Positions 49,342 to 59,365 of a stretch of DNA of 64,000 nucleotides are shown here, in pieces. Where the stretch lies: the NCBI GenBank assembly GCA_965223345.1, contig CBDCWG010000012.1, positions 1,216,001 to 1,280,000 of the forward strand, read 5' to 3'. The position numbers and the translations under genes were made by a program. Source of the stretch: Nitrospinales bacterium (GTDB lineage Bacteria; Nitrospinota; Nitrospinia; Nitrospinales; VA-1). Position 1 is the first letter of the stretch. The number at the start of each line of letters is the position of its first letter. The notes beneath the pieces were generated by a model. The model was not told the DNA's origin. It was given only the letters and a program-made list of their open reading frames with translations, and searched no databases.

Positions 49342-50436
49342 ATGCTGCGTTCGATTCTCTGGACGGTGTTGTTCATCGCGGTGCTGGCGGTCTCGGCTTT
49401 CGGGCTGTTGATCCTGCTGGTGTCGGGGAAAGAGGGCGGGGAAACCTGGCAGCTGGCCACCGGCGTCGGCGTGTTTTTCGTGCTGCTGGTTATCTGGTGG
49501 AAGCTGGCGCCCGGGTTCACCGGCAGGTACAACTGCACGCTCTCGGTGCTGGGCAAAGCGGTGCTGACGACGCTGTTTCTGTTTTTCACCGGCATGGCGA
49601 CGCCCTATGTGCTGGCTTCGATTCAGGGGCCGCGGCTGGAACAGAAAGTTGCCATCGAAAATTTCAAGGAGACTCCCATCGAGTGGCCGGGCTTTACCGG
49701 TCCGGTGGGGGTGCGTCTCGAATGGGATCTGGTGCATCCCTTTCACAAACTGGGGGCGTTGCATCCGCCGAAAATCTGGATGGGGACTTCGAAGCGTTTC
49801 GATCTTCCCAATGCGTATTTCAGTCTCGACCGCCATTACTTCGCCGGGAAAGGAGACACTGCCCCGCACGTGCGCCGGCTCTCGATTCTGGAGACCCTGC
49901 CTTTCGGTCCGGTCGAATCCTCCGCCGGGCTCTTGACCTCGGAAGGGCGCACGCATGTGTTCTACGATCTGTATCCCAAAAATCTCGTGCACCTTGAATC
50001 GCCGGACAAGCTGTGTCTCAACCGCGACAGCTTTCCCATCAACACGTCGCTCAAGGCGCCGGTTTACCATCAGGGCGAGGACCTGAGCGCGCTCTGGTTT
50101 TTCGCAGGCAGCTCCAACCTGACGATCGACCTGAGTCCTGCGCTCACGGACGTGCTGCGCAAGCAGAGCCGAATGCAGGGCAAGCGTGAGCAGTGGAAGG
50201 CGATGCAGAAACGCTTTCAACCCGCAGGACTGCGCAATGCGGGCTACGACCCGTGCAGCCTGTCACGCGGCAATCTGGATCATCTCAAAGGCCGGCTCTG
50301 TTTCTGCAAACTGCGGCCGGGAATAACTCCGCCGCGCCGCCTGCCGCCCGAGGTGCCGCAGATCAAACCGAAAGGCATGGCCACGTTGAACGCGGAGCCG
50401 GATCCGCAACCCTCGAGGATCCTGAAAAAGGATTGA
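49342..50436 (+). CDS. Hypothetical membrane-anchored protein
   Basis: GGAG RBS; three N-terminal TM segments followed by a soluble domain. Confidence 0.7.
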   Translation: MLRSILWTVLFIAVLAVSAFGLLILLVSGKEGGETWQLATGVGVFFVLLVIWWKLAPGFTGRYNCTLSVLGKAVLTTLFLFFTGMATPYVLASIQGPRLEQKVAIENFKETPIEWPGFTGPVGVRLEWDLVHPFHKLGALHPPKIWMGTSKRFDLPNAYFSLDRHYFAGKGDTAPHVRRLSILETLPFGPVESSAGLLTSEGRTHVFYDLYPKNLVHLESPDKLCLNRDSFPINTSLKAPVYHQGEDLSALWFFAGSSNLTIDLSPALTDVLRKQSRMQGKREQWKAMQKRFQPAGLRNAGYDPCSLSRGNLDHLKGRLCFCKLRPGITPPRRLPPEVPQIKPKGMATLNAEPDPQPSRILKKD

Positions 50437-50533
50437 CGTGGCGCGTGCAAAAATCTGATAGGGTGCGTTAACGTATCCCGCTGACCCGAAATCGAATCCA
50501 GGGCCCCGGCCTTTTTTGAGGTGCTGTCAATAC

Positions 50534-53500
50534 ATGCAAAGCGAACCGGATTTTTCGACAGATGGGTGGAATCGTATCGGCGTTGCCGCGTTGCGCGTGT
50601 TTCTGTTCTGCGCGTTCTGGATGTTTGCCATCGTCCCGGCATCGGCGAAAAAGCCGGTGCATGTGCCCGAAGCGTTGAAGCCCTGGACCCAGTGGGTGCT
50701 CGAGGGCATGCCCTCGCGCGACTGTGCTTTTCTGTCCGTGGGCGCGCCGGCAGCGAAACCGAACGGCAAAAACGCCGCCCAAGCGCAGCGGGTGTGCGCC
50801 TGGGGATCGGCGCTCAATCTCACGGCGACGGCGCAGGGAGCGCGCTTCGATCAGCTGTGGACGCTGTACGACACGACCACGTTGTTGCTTCCCGGTGAGA
50901 AACGCCACTGGCCTGTGAAAGTGCGTGTGGGGGGTAAACCGCTGCCCGTGACCGAGCGCAACGGCCATCCCACGCTCACGCTGAAAAAGGGCAGCCACCG
51001 CATCGAAGGCCGCTTCGAATGGAACCGGATGCCGCAGTGGCTGACGCTCGGTTCCTCGACAGGGCTGGTGCGGCTAACCGTCGATGGCAAAAAAATCGAC
51101 TTTCCGCAGTTCAGCGGCGGCCGCATCGGCCTGGGTCTCAAGGAAAACAAGGACGCGCAGTCGGCTCCCGCGCGCATTCAGATCAAAGTGTTCCGCAAAA
51201 TTTACGACGACGTGCCGCTCACCACCGAGACGCGGCTGGTGCTCGATGTCTCCGGTCCCGGCCGGGAAGTGGTTCTGGGACACGCGCTGCTTTCCGGGCA
51301 CCACCCGCTCGGCATCGCGAGCCCGCTTCCCGCGCGGCTCGAGGCGGACGGGCGGCTGCGGCTGCAGGTGAAGCCGGGACACTGGGAGATCGTGATCTCG
51401 AGCCGGCATCCGCGGCACGTGCTGAAAATCCCGCTGACCGACCCCGAGGGCCCGTGGGCGGATGAAGAGATCTGGAGTTTTCAGGCCAACACGTCGCTGC
51501 GCCATCTCGAGCTTTCCGGCCTGCCCGCGATCGACCCGGTGCAGTCGGGCGTTCCGCTCAACTGGCGGCAGCTGCCGGCGTTTCGCGTGAAGCCGGGCGA
51601 CGTGCTGACCTTCAAGGAAAAGCGGCGCGGCAACGCGGAGCCCGCATCGAACGTGCTGCATCTCAAGCGCGAGATGTGGCTCGATTTTACCGGCGAGGGC
51701 TACACCGTGCAGGACCGCCTCACCGGCACCGTGCACCAGGGCTGGCGTCTCGACGCGCATCCGAAAACGCAGCTCGGCAGGGTCAATGCGGCGGGGCGCG
51801 ACCAGTTGATCACGCAGGCGAAAGACGGCACGACCGCGGGCGTGGAAGTCCGGCAGGGCGCGACCAACCTCACCGCGGTCAGCCGCATGCAGGCGAAGGG
51901 GCACGCGTTCCCGGCTGTGGGCTGGCTGCACGACGTGCAGTCTTTGAACATCCAGATGCACCTGCCGCCCGGTTACCGCCTGTTCACCGCGACGGGAGTG
52001 GATGCGGCGCACACCAGCTTCATCAGCCGCTGGACGCTGTTCGATCTGTTCATCCTGCTGATGATCACCGCCGCCGTGAGCCGTCTTTTAGGAAGGCGCT
52101 GGGGCGTCGTCGCGTTTTTCACGATCGGCCTTCTCTACCACGAACCCCACGCTCCTGTGTTCGTCTGGCTCAGCATCGTCGCCAGCCTGGCTCTGCTCAA
52201 CGTGCTGCCGGTCGGCCGGTTCCGCACGGCAGTGGTCTGGTACCGCAATCTCAGCCTGCTCGCTCTGGCGTTCATCGCGCTGCCGTTCATGATCGATCAG
52301 GCGCGGCAAAGCATCTACCCGCAACTGGAGGGACAGGGGCACCGCGCGGTGCCGCCTTACGGCGTGCGCGTGGCGTCCAAGGCGGTGGACAGACTGCAAA
52401 AGAAAGCCGCTCCCAAAATGGAACGAGGGCTCGCCGGGGACGCGCCTGCCGAACAGGAGATGGCGGAGTCGCGTTCGGAGACCTACTTCTCTTCGAAAAT
52501 GCCGGGACGCGGGGAATTCAAGCGCATCGATCCCAACGCGCAGATTCAGACCGGCCCCGGACTGCCGGCGTGGCGCTGGAATACGGTGCGCCTTTCCTGG
52601 AGCGGTCCGGTGGGGCAGGGGGAGAACGTGAAACTGTATCTCATCCCGCCGATCGTGAACCGCCTGCTGGGTTTCGTGCGGATATTTCTGATCGTCGCCC
52701 TCACCGCGGGGCTGCTTTTGCGATTACGATCCGGTCCCGGTTTTTCCGTGCCGAAAGCGGCGGCGGTGACGGCGGGCCTGGCCGCGCTGCTGTTGTTTTC
52801 CGGACCGGCGGTCGTTCCGGTTTCCGCCGAGATGCCGACGCCTGCGATGCTGCAGGAACTCAAACAGCGATTGCTCGCGCCGCCGGAATGCGGCGACCGT
52901 TGTTTTGAAATTCAGCGCGCCGAGGCGCAGGTGGAGGGCGACCGGCTGACCCTGCGGCTGGAAGCGCACGTGGAGGAAACGCTGGCTCTGCCGCTGCCGG
53001 GGAGACGGCAGCAGTGGCTGCCGCAGAGCGTTGTGCTCGACGGCAAGCCGGCGGCGGAGCTGGTGCGTTTTGCCGACAAGCCGGGCGTCTGGCTGCGCGT
53101 GACGCCGGGAATTCATCAGGTCGTGCTCACGGGACCGCTGCCGGAAACCGATCAGGTGCAGGTGTATTTTCCGCGCCGGCCGCACCGCTTTGCGGTGCGG
53201 CTCAAAGGCTGGCAGGCGGGGGGCATCCAGCAGGGCCGCCTTTTGAGCGACAGCCTGCAGCTCACGCGCATTCAGAAAGACGCCGAGAAAAGCACACTGC
53301 GTTCGGACGCGCCTCCGGTTTTCGTGGTGATCGAGCGGCTGTTGCATCTCGGTCTCGACTGGCAGGTGATCACCAAAGTGCGGCGCGTTGCGCCGCCGCA
53401 GGGACCGATCAATTTTGCGATTCCGTTGATAGACGGGGAATCGGTGCTCACCGAGGAGGTGCGCATGCAGGACGGCAACGTCCTGGTATCGCTGGGCGCG

Positions 53501-54679
53501 AGTGCGCGACAGGCGCAATGGGTTTCCACGCTGGAAAAAACCGAACGGCTGAAGCTGACCGCTCCCAACAACACGCACTGGGTGGAGCTGTGGACGCTCG
53601 ATGTGAGCCCCACGTACCACGTGGATTTTTCCGGCATCCCTCCGGTGCTGCGGCAGGGCGAGGGCGTCTGGCAGCCGAAGTTCCGGCCCTGGCCGGGGGA
53701 GAGCCTGACGCTTGATCTTTCGCGGCCGCAAGCGGTTCCCGGCAGCACGCTCGCCATCGACGCGGTGGAGCTGCGCGTGTCGCCGGGCACGCGGATGACG
53801 CAATCCGATCTGAAACTCAAGATCCGCAGCAGCCAGGGCGGGCAGCATCCCATCGTGCTTCCGGAAAACGCCCAATTGGACTCGGTGACGCTGAACGGCA
53901 AGGCCCAGCCCATCCGTCAGGAGGGAACGCACGTCGCGCTGCCCATCCGGCCGGGCGAGCAGGATTATCATCTTAGGTTTTCCATGCAGAAGGGGGTGAC
54001 CACAAAAACCGATGCGCCGCGGATCGATCTGGGGCATCCGGCGGCGAACGTGCACACCATCGTCTCCGTGCCGGCCAACCGTTGGCTGCTGTTCGTTCAG
54101 GGACCCAGCATGGGACCGGCGGTTCTGTTCTGGGGCGAGCTGTTCGTCGTGGTCGTGCTGTCGATCCTCTTGGGACGCTATTCCGGTCTGCCTCTCAAAA
54201 CCGGTCACTGGATGCTGCTGGGTGTGGCCATGAGCACCATCGCACTGACGCAGTTTCTCATCGTGGTGGTCTGGCTGTTCGCGCTGTCGCGGCGCGAAAC
54301 GCTCAACACCGAAGAATGGCCGCGCTGGCAGTTCAACCTCATGCAGGCGGGGCTGGGTTTGCTCACGGTCGTCGCCGTGGGCTGCCTGTTTTTCATCATC
54401 GGCACCGGACTGTTGAGTTCCCCGGACATGGCGGTGGTAGGCAACCACTCCTCGTCGCATTCGCTGCACTGGTTTGCCGACCGCATCCCCGGCACGCTGC
54501 CCGATGCGTGGTTCGTTTCGCTGCCGCTGTTGGTCTACCGGGTCGCCATCCTGCTGTGGGCGCTGTGGGTGGCGTTCGCGTTGCTCGGCTGGCTCAAATG
54601 GGGCTGGACCTGCTTCAGCCGCGACGGGCTGTGGCGCAAAAAGACAAAAGTGGTGGTCCCGAAAACCGGCACGGCTTGA
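50534..54679 (+). CDS. Large (about 1381 aa) internally duplicated membrane protein of unknown function
   Basis: Long ORF; signal peptide; two copies of a soluble beta-rich region plus TM cluster. Confidence 0.85.
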   Translation: MQSEPDFSTDGWNRIGVAALRVFLFCAFWMFAIVPASAKKPVHVPEALKPWTQWVLEGMPSRDCAFLSVGAPAAKPNGKNAAQAQRVCAWGSALNLTATAQGARFDQLWTLYDTTTLLLPGEKRHWPVKVRVGGKPLPVTERNGHPTLTLKKGSHRIEGRFEWNRMPQWLTLGSSTGLVRLTVDGKKIDFPQFSGGRIGLGLKENKDAQSAPARIQIKVFRKIYDDVPLTTETRLVLDVSGPGREVVLGHALLSGHHPLGIASPLPARLEADGRLRLQVKPGHWEIVISSRHPRHVLKIPLTDPEGPWADEEIWSFQANTSLRHLELSGLPAIDPVQSGVPLNWRQLPAFRVKPGDVLTFKEKRRGNAEPASNVLHLKREMWLDFTGEGYTVQDRLTGTVHQGWRLDAHPKTQLGRVNAAGRDQLITQAKDGTTAGVEVRQGATNLTAVSRMQAKGHAFPAVGWLHDVQSLNIQMHLPPGYRLFTATGVDAAHTSFISRWTLFDLFILLMITAAVSRLLGRRWGVVAFFTIGLLYHEPHAPVFVWLSIVASLALLNVLPVGRFRTAVVWYRNLSLLALAFIALPFMIDQARQSIYPQLEGQGHRAVPPYGVRVASKAVDRLQKKAAPKMERGLAGDAPAEQEMAESRSETYFSSKMPGRGEFKRIDPNAQIQTGPGLPAWRWNTVRLSWSGPVGQGENVKLYLIPPIVNRLLGFVRIFLIVALTAGLLLRLRSGPGFSVPKAAAVTAGLAALLLFSGPAVVPVSAEMPTPAMLQELKQRLLAPPECGDRCFEIQRAEAQVEGDRLTLRLEAHVEETLALPLPGRRQQWLPQSVVLDGKPAAELVRFADKPGVWLRVTPGIHQVVLTGPLPETDQVQVYFPRRPHRFAVRLKGWQAGGIQQGRLLSDSLQLTRIQKDAEKSTLRSDAPPVFVVIERLLHLGLDWQVITKVRRVAPPQGPINFAIPLIDGESVLTEEVRMQDGNVLVSLGASARQAQWVSTLEKTERLKLTAPNNTHWVELWTLDVSPTYHVDFSGIPPVLRQGEGVWQPKFRPWPGESLTLDLSRPQAVPGSTLAIDAVELRVSPGTRMTQSDLKLKIRSSQGGQHPIVLPENAQLDSVTLNGKAQPIRQEGTHVALPIRPGEQDYHLRFSMQKGVTTKTDAPRIDLGHPAANVHTIVSVPANRWLLFVQGPSMGPAVLFWGELFVVVVLSILLGRYSGLPLKTGHWMLLGVAMSTIALTQFLIVVVWLFALSRRETLNTEEWPRWQFNLMQAGLGLLTVVAVGCLFFIIGTGLLSSPDMAVVGNHSSSHSLHWFADRIPGTLPDAWFVSLPLLVYRVAILLWALWVAFALLGWLKWGWTCFSRDGLWRKKTKVVVPKTGTA

Positions 54680-54721
54680 GAAACACGCAGGGATTCATGA
54701 ATTTTTTCTTAAGGATGTTTC

Positions 54722-55162
54722 ATGTCTGACAATTGGAAAACAAGTGACCGGCTGTTGATCGGTCTGATGGGCGGTCTCTCCGCGATCCTTGCGGCGGGGC
54801 TCTGGGCGTTGTGGATTCATTTTGCCATCCTCTGCATGCGCCCGGAAGAGGGGACCGTGGACATCAAGGTGTGGATGACCTGGGTGTTTTCCTTCGAGTT
54901 TTTCTTCACCCGCATCGCCTGGGCGGCTTTCCGCAGAATCCACGATGCGCAGCCTTCCCTGATGCCGCTGAGGGAGTGGCACCGGCTCTCCGCCATTTTG
55001 TTCGCGGTCGGGGTGATCGGCTGTATCTGGATTCACTGGGCCGCCGCGATGGTGCCCTGGACCCTGTCCTGCCTCTGCCTGTTCCTGGACAGCCGGGTGC
55101 AGCGGTTTCTGGGGCAGTTTCACGGCGCGCCGCTGTCCGGCCCAGCGAACAAAGCCGGATAG
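54722..55162 (+). CDS. Hypothetical membrane protein
   Basis: AAGGA RBS; about four TM segments. Confidence 0.65.
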   Translation: MSDNWKTSDRLLIGLMGGLSAILAAGLWALWIHFAILCMRPEEGTVDIKVWMTWVFSFEFFFTRIAWAAFRRIHDAQPSLMPLREWHRLSAILFAVGVIGCIWIHWAAAMVPWTLSCLCLFLDSRVQRFLGQFHGAPLSGPANKAG

Positions 55163-55292
55163 CCGCTTTTTCCTTCCAACCTTCCCCATGCAGGTGCCAA
55201 TTTTCGTAATATTGTCTGAATTATCACAACTTATTGGCCCTCCCGCAAGCGCGGATCCGCGTAACCCCTTATAGCCAAACGATTCTTTTGTT

Positions 55293-55308
55293 TGGCATCT
55301 ATATTGCT
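55293..55308 (+). promoter_or_regulatory. Putative sigma54 promoter
   Basis: TGGCAT-CTATA-TTGCT about 55 nt upstream of the GTG at 55364. Confidence 0.65.
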
Positions 55309-55363
55309 GTTTTTCAAGGATATATTCCATTTCTCCCGGCAACGGAGCGCAAAGGAGGGGGCT

Positions 55364-55792
55364 GTGCGCTGTTTTTACCATTCTCAGATCGAGGCGGTGG
55401 GGAGCTGTCAGGCCTGCGCCAAGGGGTTGTGCCGCGAGTGCGCGCACGCTCTGGAAACAGGGGTCGTGTGCAAGGGGTATTGCGAGGACAAGGTCCGCAC
55501 CTTTCAGGATCTGGCGCAGACCCACGCACGCAGTCTGTCCGGTTCGGGGCGTTCGGTGCTGGTTTCCAGCCTGTCCATCGTTTTTGTGGGCGTGCTGCTG
55601 ATTCTTTTCGGCGTTCGATTTCCCGGACCGTTGTTGATGATTCCGCTTCTGGGGATCGCGTGTGTCGTTTTGGGCGTGAGCCGTTTTTACCGCAACCGTG
55701 ACGCCGTGAAACATCCGGCGCCGCTTCGGCAGGCGCAGACTCTCGAGTTGCAGCGGCCGCAGGAATCCGTGCGGGAGACAGGCACCAAATGA
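55364..55792 (+). CDS. B-box-like zinc finger membrane protein (DUF2180-like)
   Basis: AAGGAGG RBS and GTG; CFYH...CQAC...LCREC...CKGYC, then two TM helices. Confidence 0.75.
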   Translation: MRCFYHSQIEAVGSCQACAKGLCRECAHALETGVVCKGYCEDKVRTFQDLAQTHARSLSGSGRSVLVSSLSIVFVGVLLILFGVRFPGPLLMIPLLGIACVVLGVSRFYRNRDAVKHPAPLRQAQTLELQRPQESVRETGTK

Positions 55793-56613
55793 ACAAACAA
55801 CAGACCGCTTTGTGGGCAGCCGGGATCGTCGTGGCCGGAATCCTGTTTCTGGCCGCCTACACCAACCCCTACACCCCGGAAGGGCATGAAGGCTATGTGC
55901 GTGAGATCCCCCGGGTCTGGGGCAAGGGCGGTTTCCAGGGCGATGTGAAAGGCCCGGGCAATTTCGGCGTTTCCATCTGGAACAACCGGGTGATTAACGT
56001 CGATTTCAGGCCGCGCACGCTGCAGGAGGAATTTCAGATCCTGGCGAAGGACGATCTCAACGTTTCGTTCCGGCTGCAGGGCATCTTCAAGGTCAAAGAG
56101 GGAACCATCCGCGAGGTCGTCGAACGCTACGGCGGCAAGCAGTGGTATCACCGGTTCGTCAAGGAACCGTTCCGTTCGTTCGTGCGGGATGCGGTGCGCT
56201 CCTACGATTCGCGGCAGATCAAGGAAAACCGCGTGAAGATCGCCGGCACGGTGCAGCAGCGCTTGCAGGACCACCTCAAGAGCACGCCGTTCAAGCTGAT
56301 GGAGCTGGTGGTGGGCAACATCGATTATCCCGAGGCGGTGGCCCGCGCCGTCGAGCAGAAGCTGAAAGCCCAGCAGGATCTGGAGAAGAAAGAAGTCGAG
56401 AAACAGATCGCCATCAAGGATGCGGAAATCAAAATCGAGGAAGCGAAGGGGATCGCGAAATCGCAGGAGATCATCAACAAGACGCTGACGAAGAACTACC
56501 TGCAGCACGAGGCGATCCAGGCGCAGATGGCCATGGCCAATTCGGAAAACCACACGACGGTGTACATCCCCGCCGGCACCAACGGGATTCCGCTGGTGAA
56601 GACGGTGGAATGA
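55789..56613 (+). CDS. SPFH/prohibitin (band 7) family protein
   Basis: N-terminal TM, NIDYPEAVARAVEQK, EAKGIAKSQEII; ATGA overlap with the upstream gene. Confidence 0.88.
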   Translation: MNKQQTALWAAGIVVAGILFLAAYTNPYTPEGHEGYVREIPRVWGKGGFQGDVKGPGNFGVSIWNNRVINVDFRPRTLQEEFQILAKDDLNVSFRLQGIFKVKEGTIREVVERYGGKQWYHRFVKEPFRSFVRDAVRSYDSRQIKENRVKIAGTVQQRLQDHLKSTPFKLMELVVGNIDYPEAVARAVEQKLKAQQDLEKKEVEKQIAIKDAEIKIEEAKGIAKSQEIINKTLTKNYLQHEAIQAQMAMANSENHTTVYIPAGTNGIPLVKTVE

Positions 56614-56644
56614 GGATGCTGAATCGTTATTCCAGGAAAATAAA

Positions 56645-57289
56645 ATGAAAGCAAAAATCACCATCGCATTGTTGCTGCTGTTCCCGTTTCTTGCGGCTCC
56701 GTACTCCTTGGCGCAGGAGGGACCGATGCTGCACATCGTCTTTCGCTATCTTTCTCCCGAGATCCAGGAAGGCAGCTTCGAGGCGACCGCGAGAAAGGTC
56801 TGGCGTGTGGGCGACCGCTACCTGCGCATCGAAGAAGCGCCGGACCCGAAAGTGGGGCTGCACGGCCTCATCATCGTCAACGCACCGCATTCGTACATGA
56901 TCAACCGCTATGTCGATCAGGGCGTGCACATTCTGGACAAGGAGCCGGAAAACAAGGTGCACTATCCGGTGTTTCCGGGAAACGGCTCGACGAAGCTCAG
57001 CGAACTCGAGTTCGGCAAGGAAGAGGATTTTTTTCAGTACTCGGGAGCCGAGGTTCTGGACCAGCAATACATCGACGGCGACCTCTGCGACGTGTTCGAA
57101 CTCAAGGTGGACGGTTCGACCCTGACGCTGTTCGTCGCGGTGTCTTCAAAACGTCCGAAACAGATATCCATTCAGTCTCCGGAAATGGCGTATTCGATTC
57201 GCTACGAGACTTACGAGCGGCACCCGGAGCCGGACCTCGACCTGTTCGTGGTCCCGGAAGAGATCACCATAGTGGAAGCGAAATCCTGA
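56645..57289 (+). CDS. Hypothetical exported protein
   Basis: Signal peptide; AGGA RBS; beta-rich; ends DLDLFVVP, reminiscent of LolA-like folds. Confidence 0.7.
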   Translation: MKAKITIALLLLFPFLAAPYSLAQEGPMLHIVFRYLSPEIQEGSFEATARKVWRVGDRYLRIEEAPDPKVGLHGLIIVNAPHSYMINRYVDQGVHILDKEPENKVHYPVFPGNGSTKLSELEFGKEEDFFQYSGAEVLDQQYIDGDLCDVFELKVDGSTLTLFVAVSSKRPKQISIQSPEMAYSIRYETYERHPEPDLDLFVVPEEITIVEAKS

Positions 57290-57380
57290 AGGCAACGCCG
57301 CCGGCCGCCGGACAGCGAGCTCCGGGAAGAGGCGGCAAGAATTCTTACTGCAGAAAAAAAGAGGAAGGGGACACTGAACC

Positions 57381-58424
57381 ATGAAACGCTCATCGGTAGT
57401 TTTCGTTTTGGTTTGCATGCTGGCATTTTCACTCCCGGTTGCGGGTTTCTCCGCTGAGAAGCCGGAGCGGGTGACCGAGGTTCCGGAAACCGTGGGGGAA
57501 GTCACCTGGGATTTCACGCCCAGCCAGTCCGTCGATTCGAGGGATCTGGGACGCGGCATGGTGTGGGCCGGGGCGGTCGAAGACATGCTCATGGAAGAGG
57601 ACGGGGACAAGGTCAGCGTGGTGCTGATCTGCCGGCACCTGTCGTTCACCGATCCGGGACCGCAGGCGATCGCCACACGCCCGATCCAGGCACGCGAGAG
57701 CAAAACGGGATTCTTCGGCGTGTTCTTCGACATCTACACGCCGATGGACGAGGTGGTCAAGCTGAAGGAAGAGATCATGGGCGAGCCGCATTTTTTGCTG
57801 GCAGCCGGTGTGCTCGATTCGGTGGTGCATCTGGCGGAGCAGGCGATTCCCCTTTTGATGCCGCATTCCATGGAAATCAACGCCCGCATGATTCAGGTCG
57901 ATGCGATGCAGGCGGCAGACGGGCAGGTTGCCCGTTCCTCAACGGGCGTGATTCAGGGCGATAACCACGCGTTCTCCATCGCCGCGCCGAAAGGCTGGGT
58001 GCTCGACAACCAGAGCGGCCAGCATCAGGGATTGCAGGCGGTGTTCTACCCCAACGGCTCCAGCTGGAAAGGCGCCCGTTCGGTTATGTACGTCAACACC
58101 GATGCGCGCAAGCCGGGACAGCCCGTGGAAGCGTACATCGAGTCCGAGTTGAAGGAATTCAGCCGCGAGTTCGGCGAGAGTTTCAACGCCCGGGAGTGGG
58201 AGGCGATCAAGACCTCCGATTCGAAATGGGCGCACGTGCGCCGCTTGACCGGCGACACCTGGGGCAACTACGAATCGATCGCCTACATTGAGGAAAGCGG
58301 CGTGTTCGTGCTGATCGTGCTCACCGCCCGCGATGAAGAAAGCTACAAACAATCGCAGCAGGCCTTCGAAGAGCTGGTCAAAAGCTACCGCTTCGTGAAA
58401 AACGAAATGCAGGTCGCCTACTAA
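57381..58424 (+). CDS. Hypothetical exported two-domain protein
   Basis: Signal peptide; C-terminal FSIAAPKGW...FEELVKSYRF resembles PsbP/DcrB-like domains. Confidence 0.7.
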   Translation: MKRSSVVFVLVCMLAFSLPVAGFSAEKPERVTEVPETVGEVTWDFTPSQSVDSRDLGRGMVWAGAVEDMLMEEDGDKVSVVLICRHLSFTDPGPQAIATRPIQARESKTGFFGVFFDIYTPMDEVVKLKEEIMGEPHFLLAAGVLDSVVHLAEQAIPLLMPHSMEINARMIQVDAMQAADGQVARSSTGVIQGDNHAFSIAAPKGWVLDNQSGQHQGLQAVFYPNGSSWKGARSVMYVNTDARKPGQPVEAYIESELKEFSREFGESFNAREWEAIKTSDSKWAHVRRLTGDTWGNYESIAYIEESGVFVLIVLTARDEESYKQSQQAFEELVKSYRFVKNEMQVAY

Positions 58425-58549
58425 CCGGTTTCACGTTTTGCCCATTCTGTTCTCCACCCCATCGACAGGGAGCCGCCGTATCCGCCAGGAAGTGCTGCGG
58501 GTGCCGGCGGTGCTTTTTTGCAAACCGGGCTCGCCTCAGGGCCTTTCAC

Positions 58550-59356
58550 TCACAATTTCTTCTCCGGTTGCGCGGGGAGATGAATTCTCCGCCGCCGCGA
58601 TAGATACCGGACCAGGATCGCCCCTGCCCCCGCCGCCAGCAGGTGCTTCAACGTGTGGCCGCTCACCGTTTCTCCCAGCATGCGATAGATCTCCCCGTCG
58701 AAATGTTCCAGCACCTTCGCCCCGGCGTAACAGCCGAGGATCTGCCACAGGCAGGCTGTGCCCGTGTAGGGGGAAGTGAACATTCCCAGCATGAACGGCA
58801 GCATCAGGATCGGCAAAAACTGCACCAGAACGTAGGGTTTCAGGTCTCCCCGTCCCGCCGCTTCGGTGATATCCCAGTGCACGACGCTCGCGACGCCTGC
58901 GATCAGAAGAACGGGCAGCAGGAACAAGCCGGCCTTGAGGTGAATGCGTTCTGCGATCATGAGTGAGAAAAACCCCATGAACGTGAGGGTCATGGGCAGC
59001 CGGTCCCAGAACAGGGTGGCGGTGTTGGGATCGAGATGATAGTAGCCGGAACCGATTCCGGTGAGGAAGAGGCCTGCAAACATCGTGGCAAAGGCAAAGG
59101 CTTCCCACCGGGGGGCGACGAACTTTTGCGGATCGTTCAAGGATGCCTTGAGTTGCCAAAATCCGAGGAAACCCGCTATCACAAAAGGCAGGTTGGACAG
59201 CACGTTTAAAAAATGCGGGATGCCCAAAAAGGCGCGCTGATCGGCGAAGGCGTGGTAGGCGGGGTCCTGCGGGATCGGGTCCAGACCGAAATGCAGGAAG
59301 GCGGCGGCTGCCAGGCCGATCCCGATCAGGATGGCGACGCGGACCTCAAAGCTCAT
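58550..59356 (-). CDS. Ceramidase-domain (alkaline phytoceramidase-like) membrane protein
   Basis: YHAFADQR, NVLSNLPF, GSGYYH, WDRLPMT, SGHTLKHL. Confidence 0.85.
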   Translation of the reverse strand: MSFEVRVAILIGIGLAAAAFLHFGLDPIPQDPAYHAFADQRAFLGIPHFLNVLSNLPFVIAGFLGFWQLKASLNDPQKFVAPRWEAFAFATMFAGLFLTGIGSGYYHLDPNTATLFWDRLPMTLTFMGFFSLMIAERIHLKAGLFLLPVLLIAGVASVVHWDITEAAGRGDLKPYVLVQFLPILMLPFMLGMFTSPYTGTACLWQILGCYAGAKVLEHFDGEIYRMLGETVSGHTLKHLLAAGAGAILVRYLSRRRRIHLPAQPEKKL

Positions 59357-59365
59357 CGCGGGGGG

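Noticed and set aside
49206..49997. GTG ORF with an RBS-like sequence just after the sigma54 motif
   Set aside because: Overlaps the more protein-like 49342-50436 ORF in another frame; the translation looks non-coding.
52724..54469. 581-aa minus-strand ORF
   Set aside because: Antisense to the giant membrane protein; no motifs.
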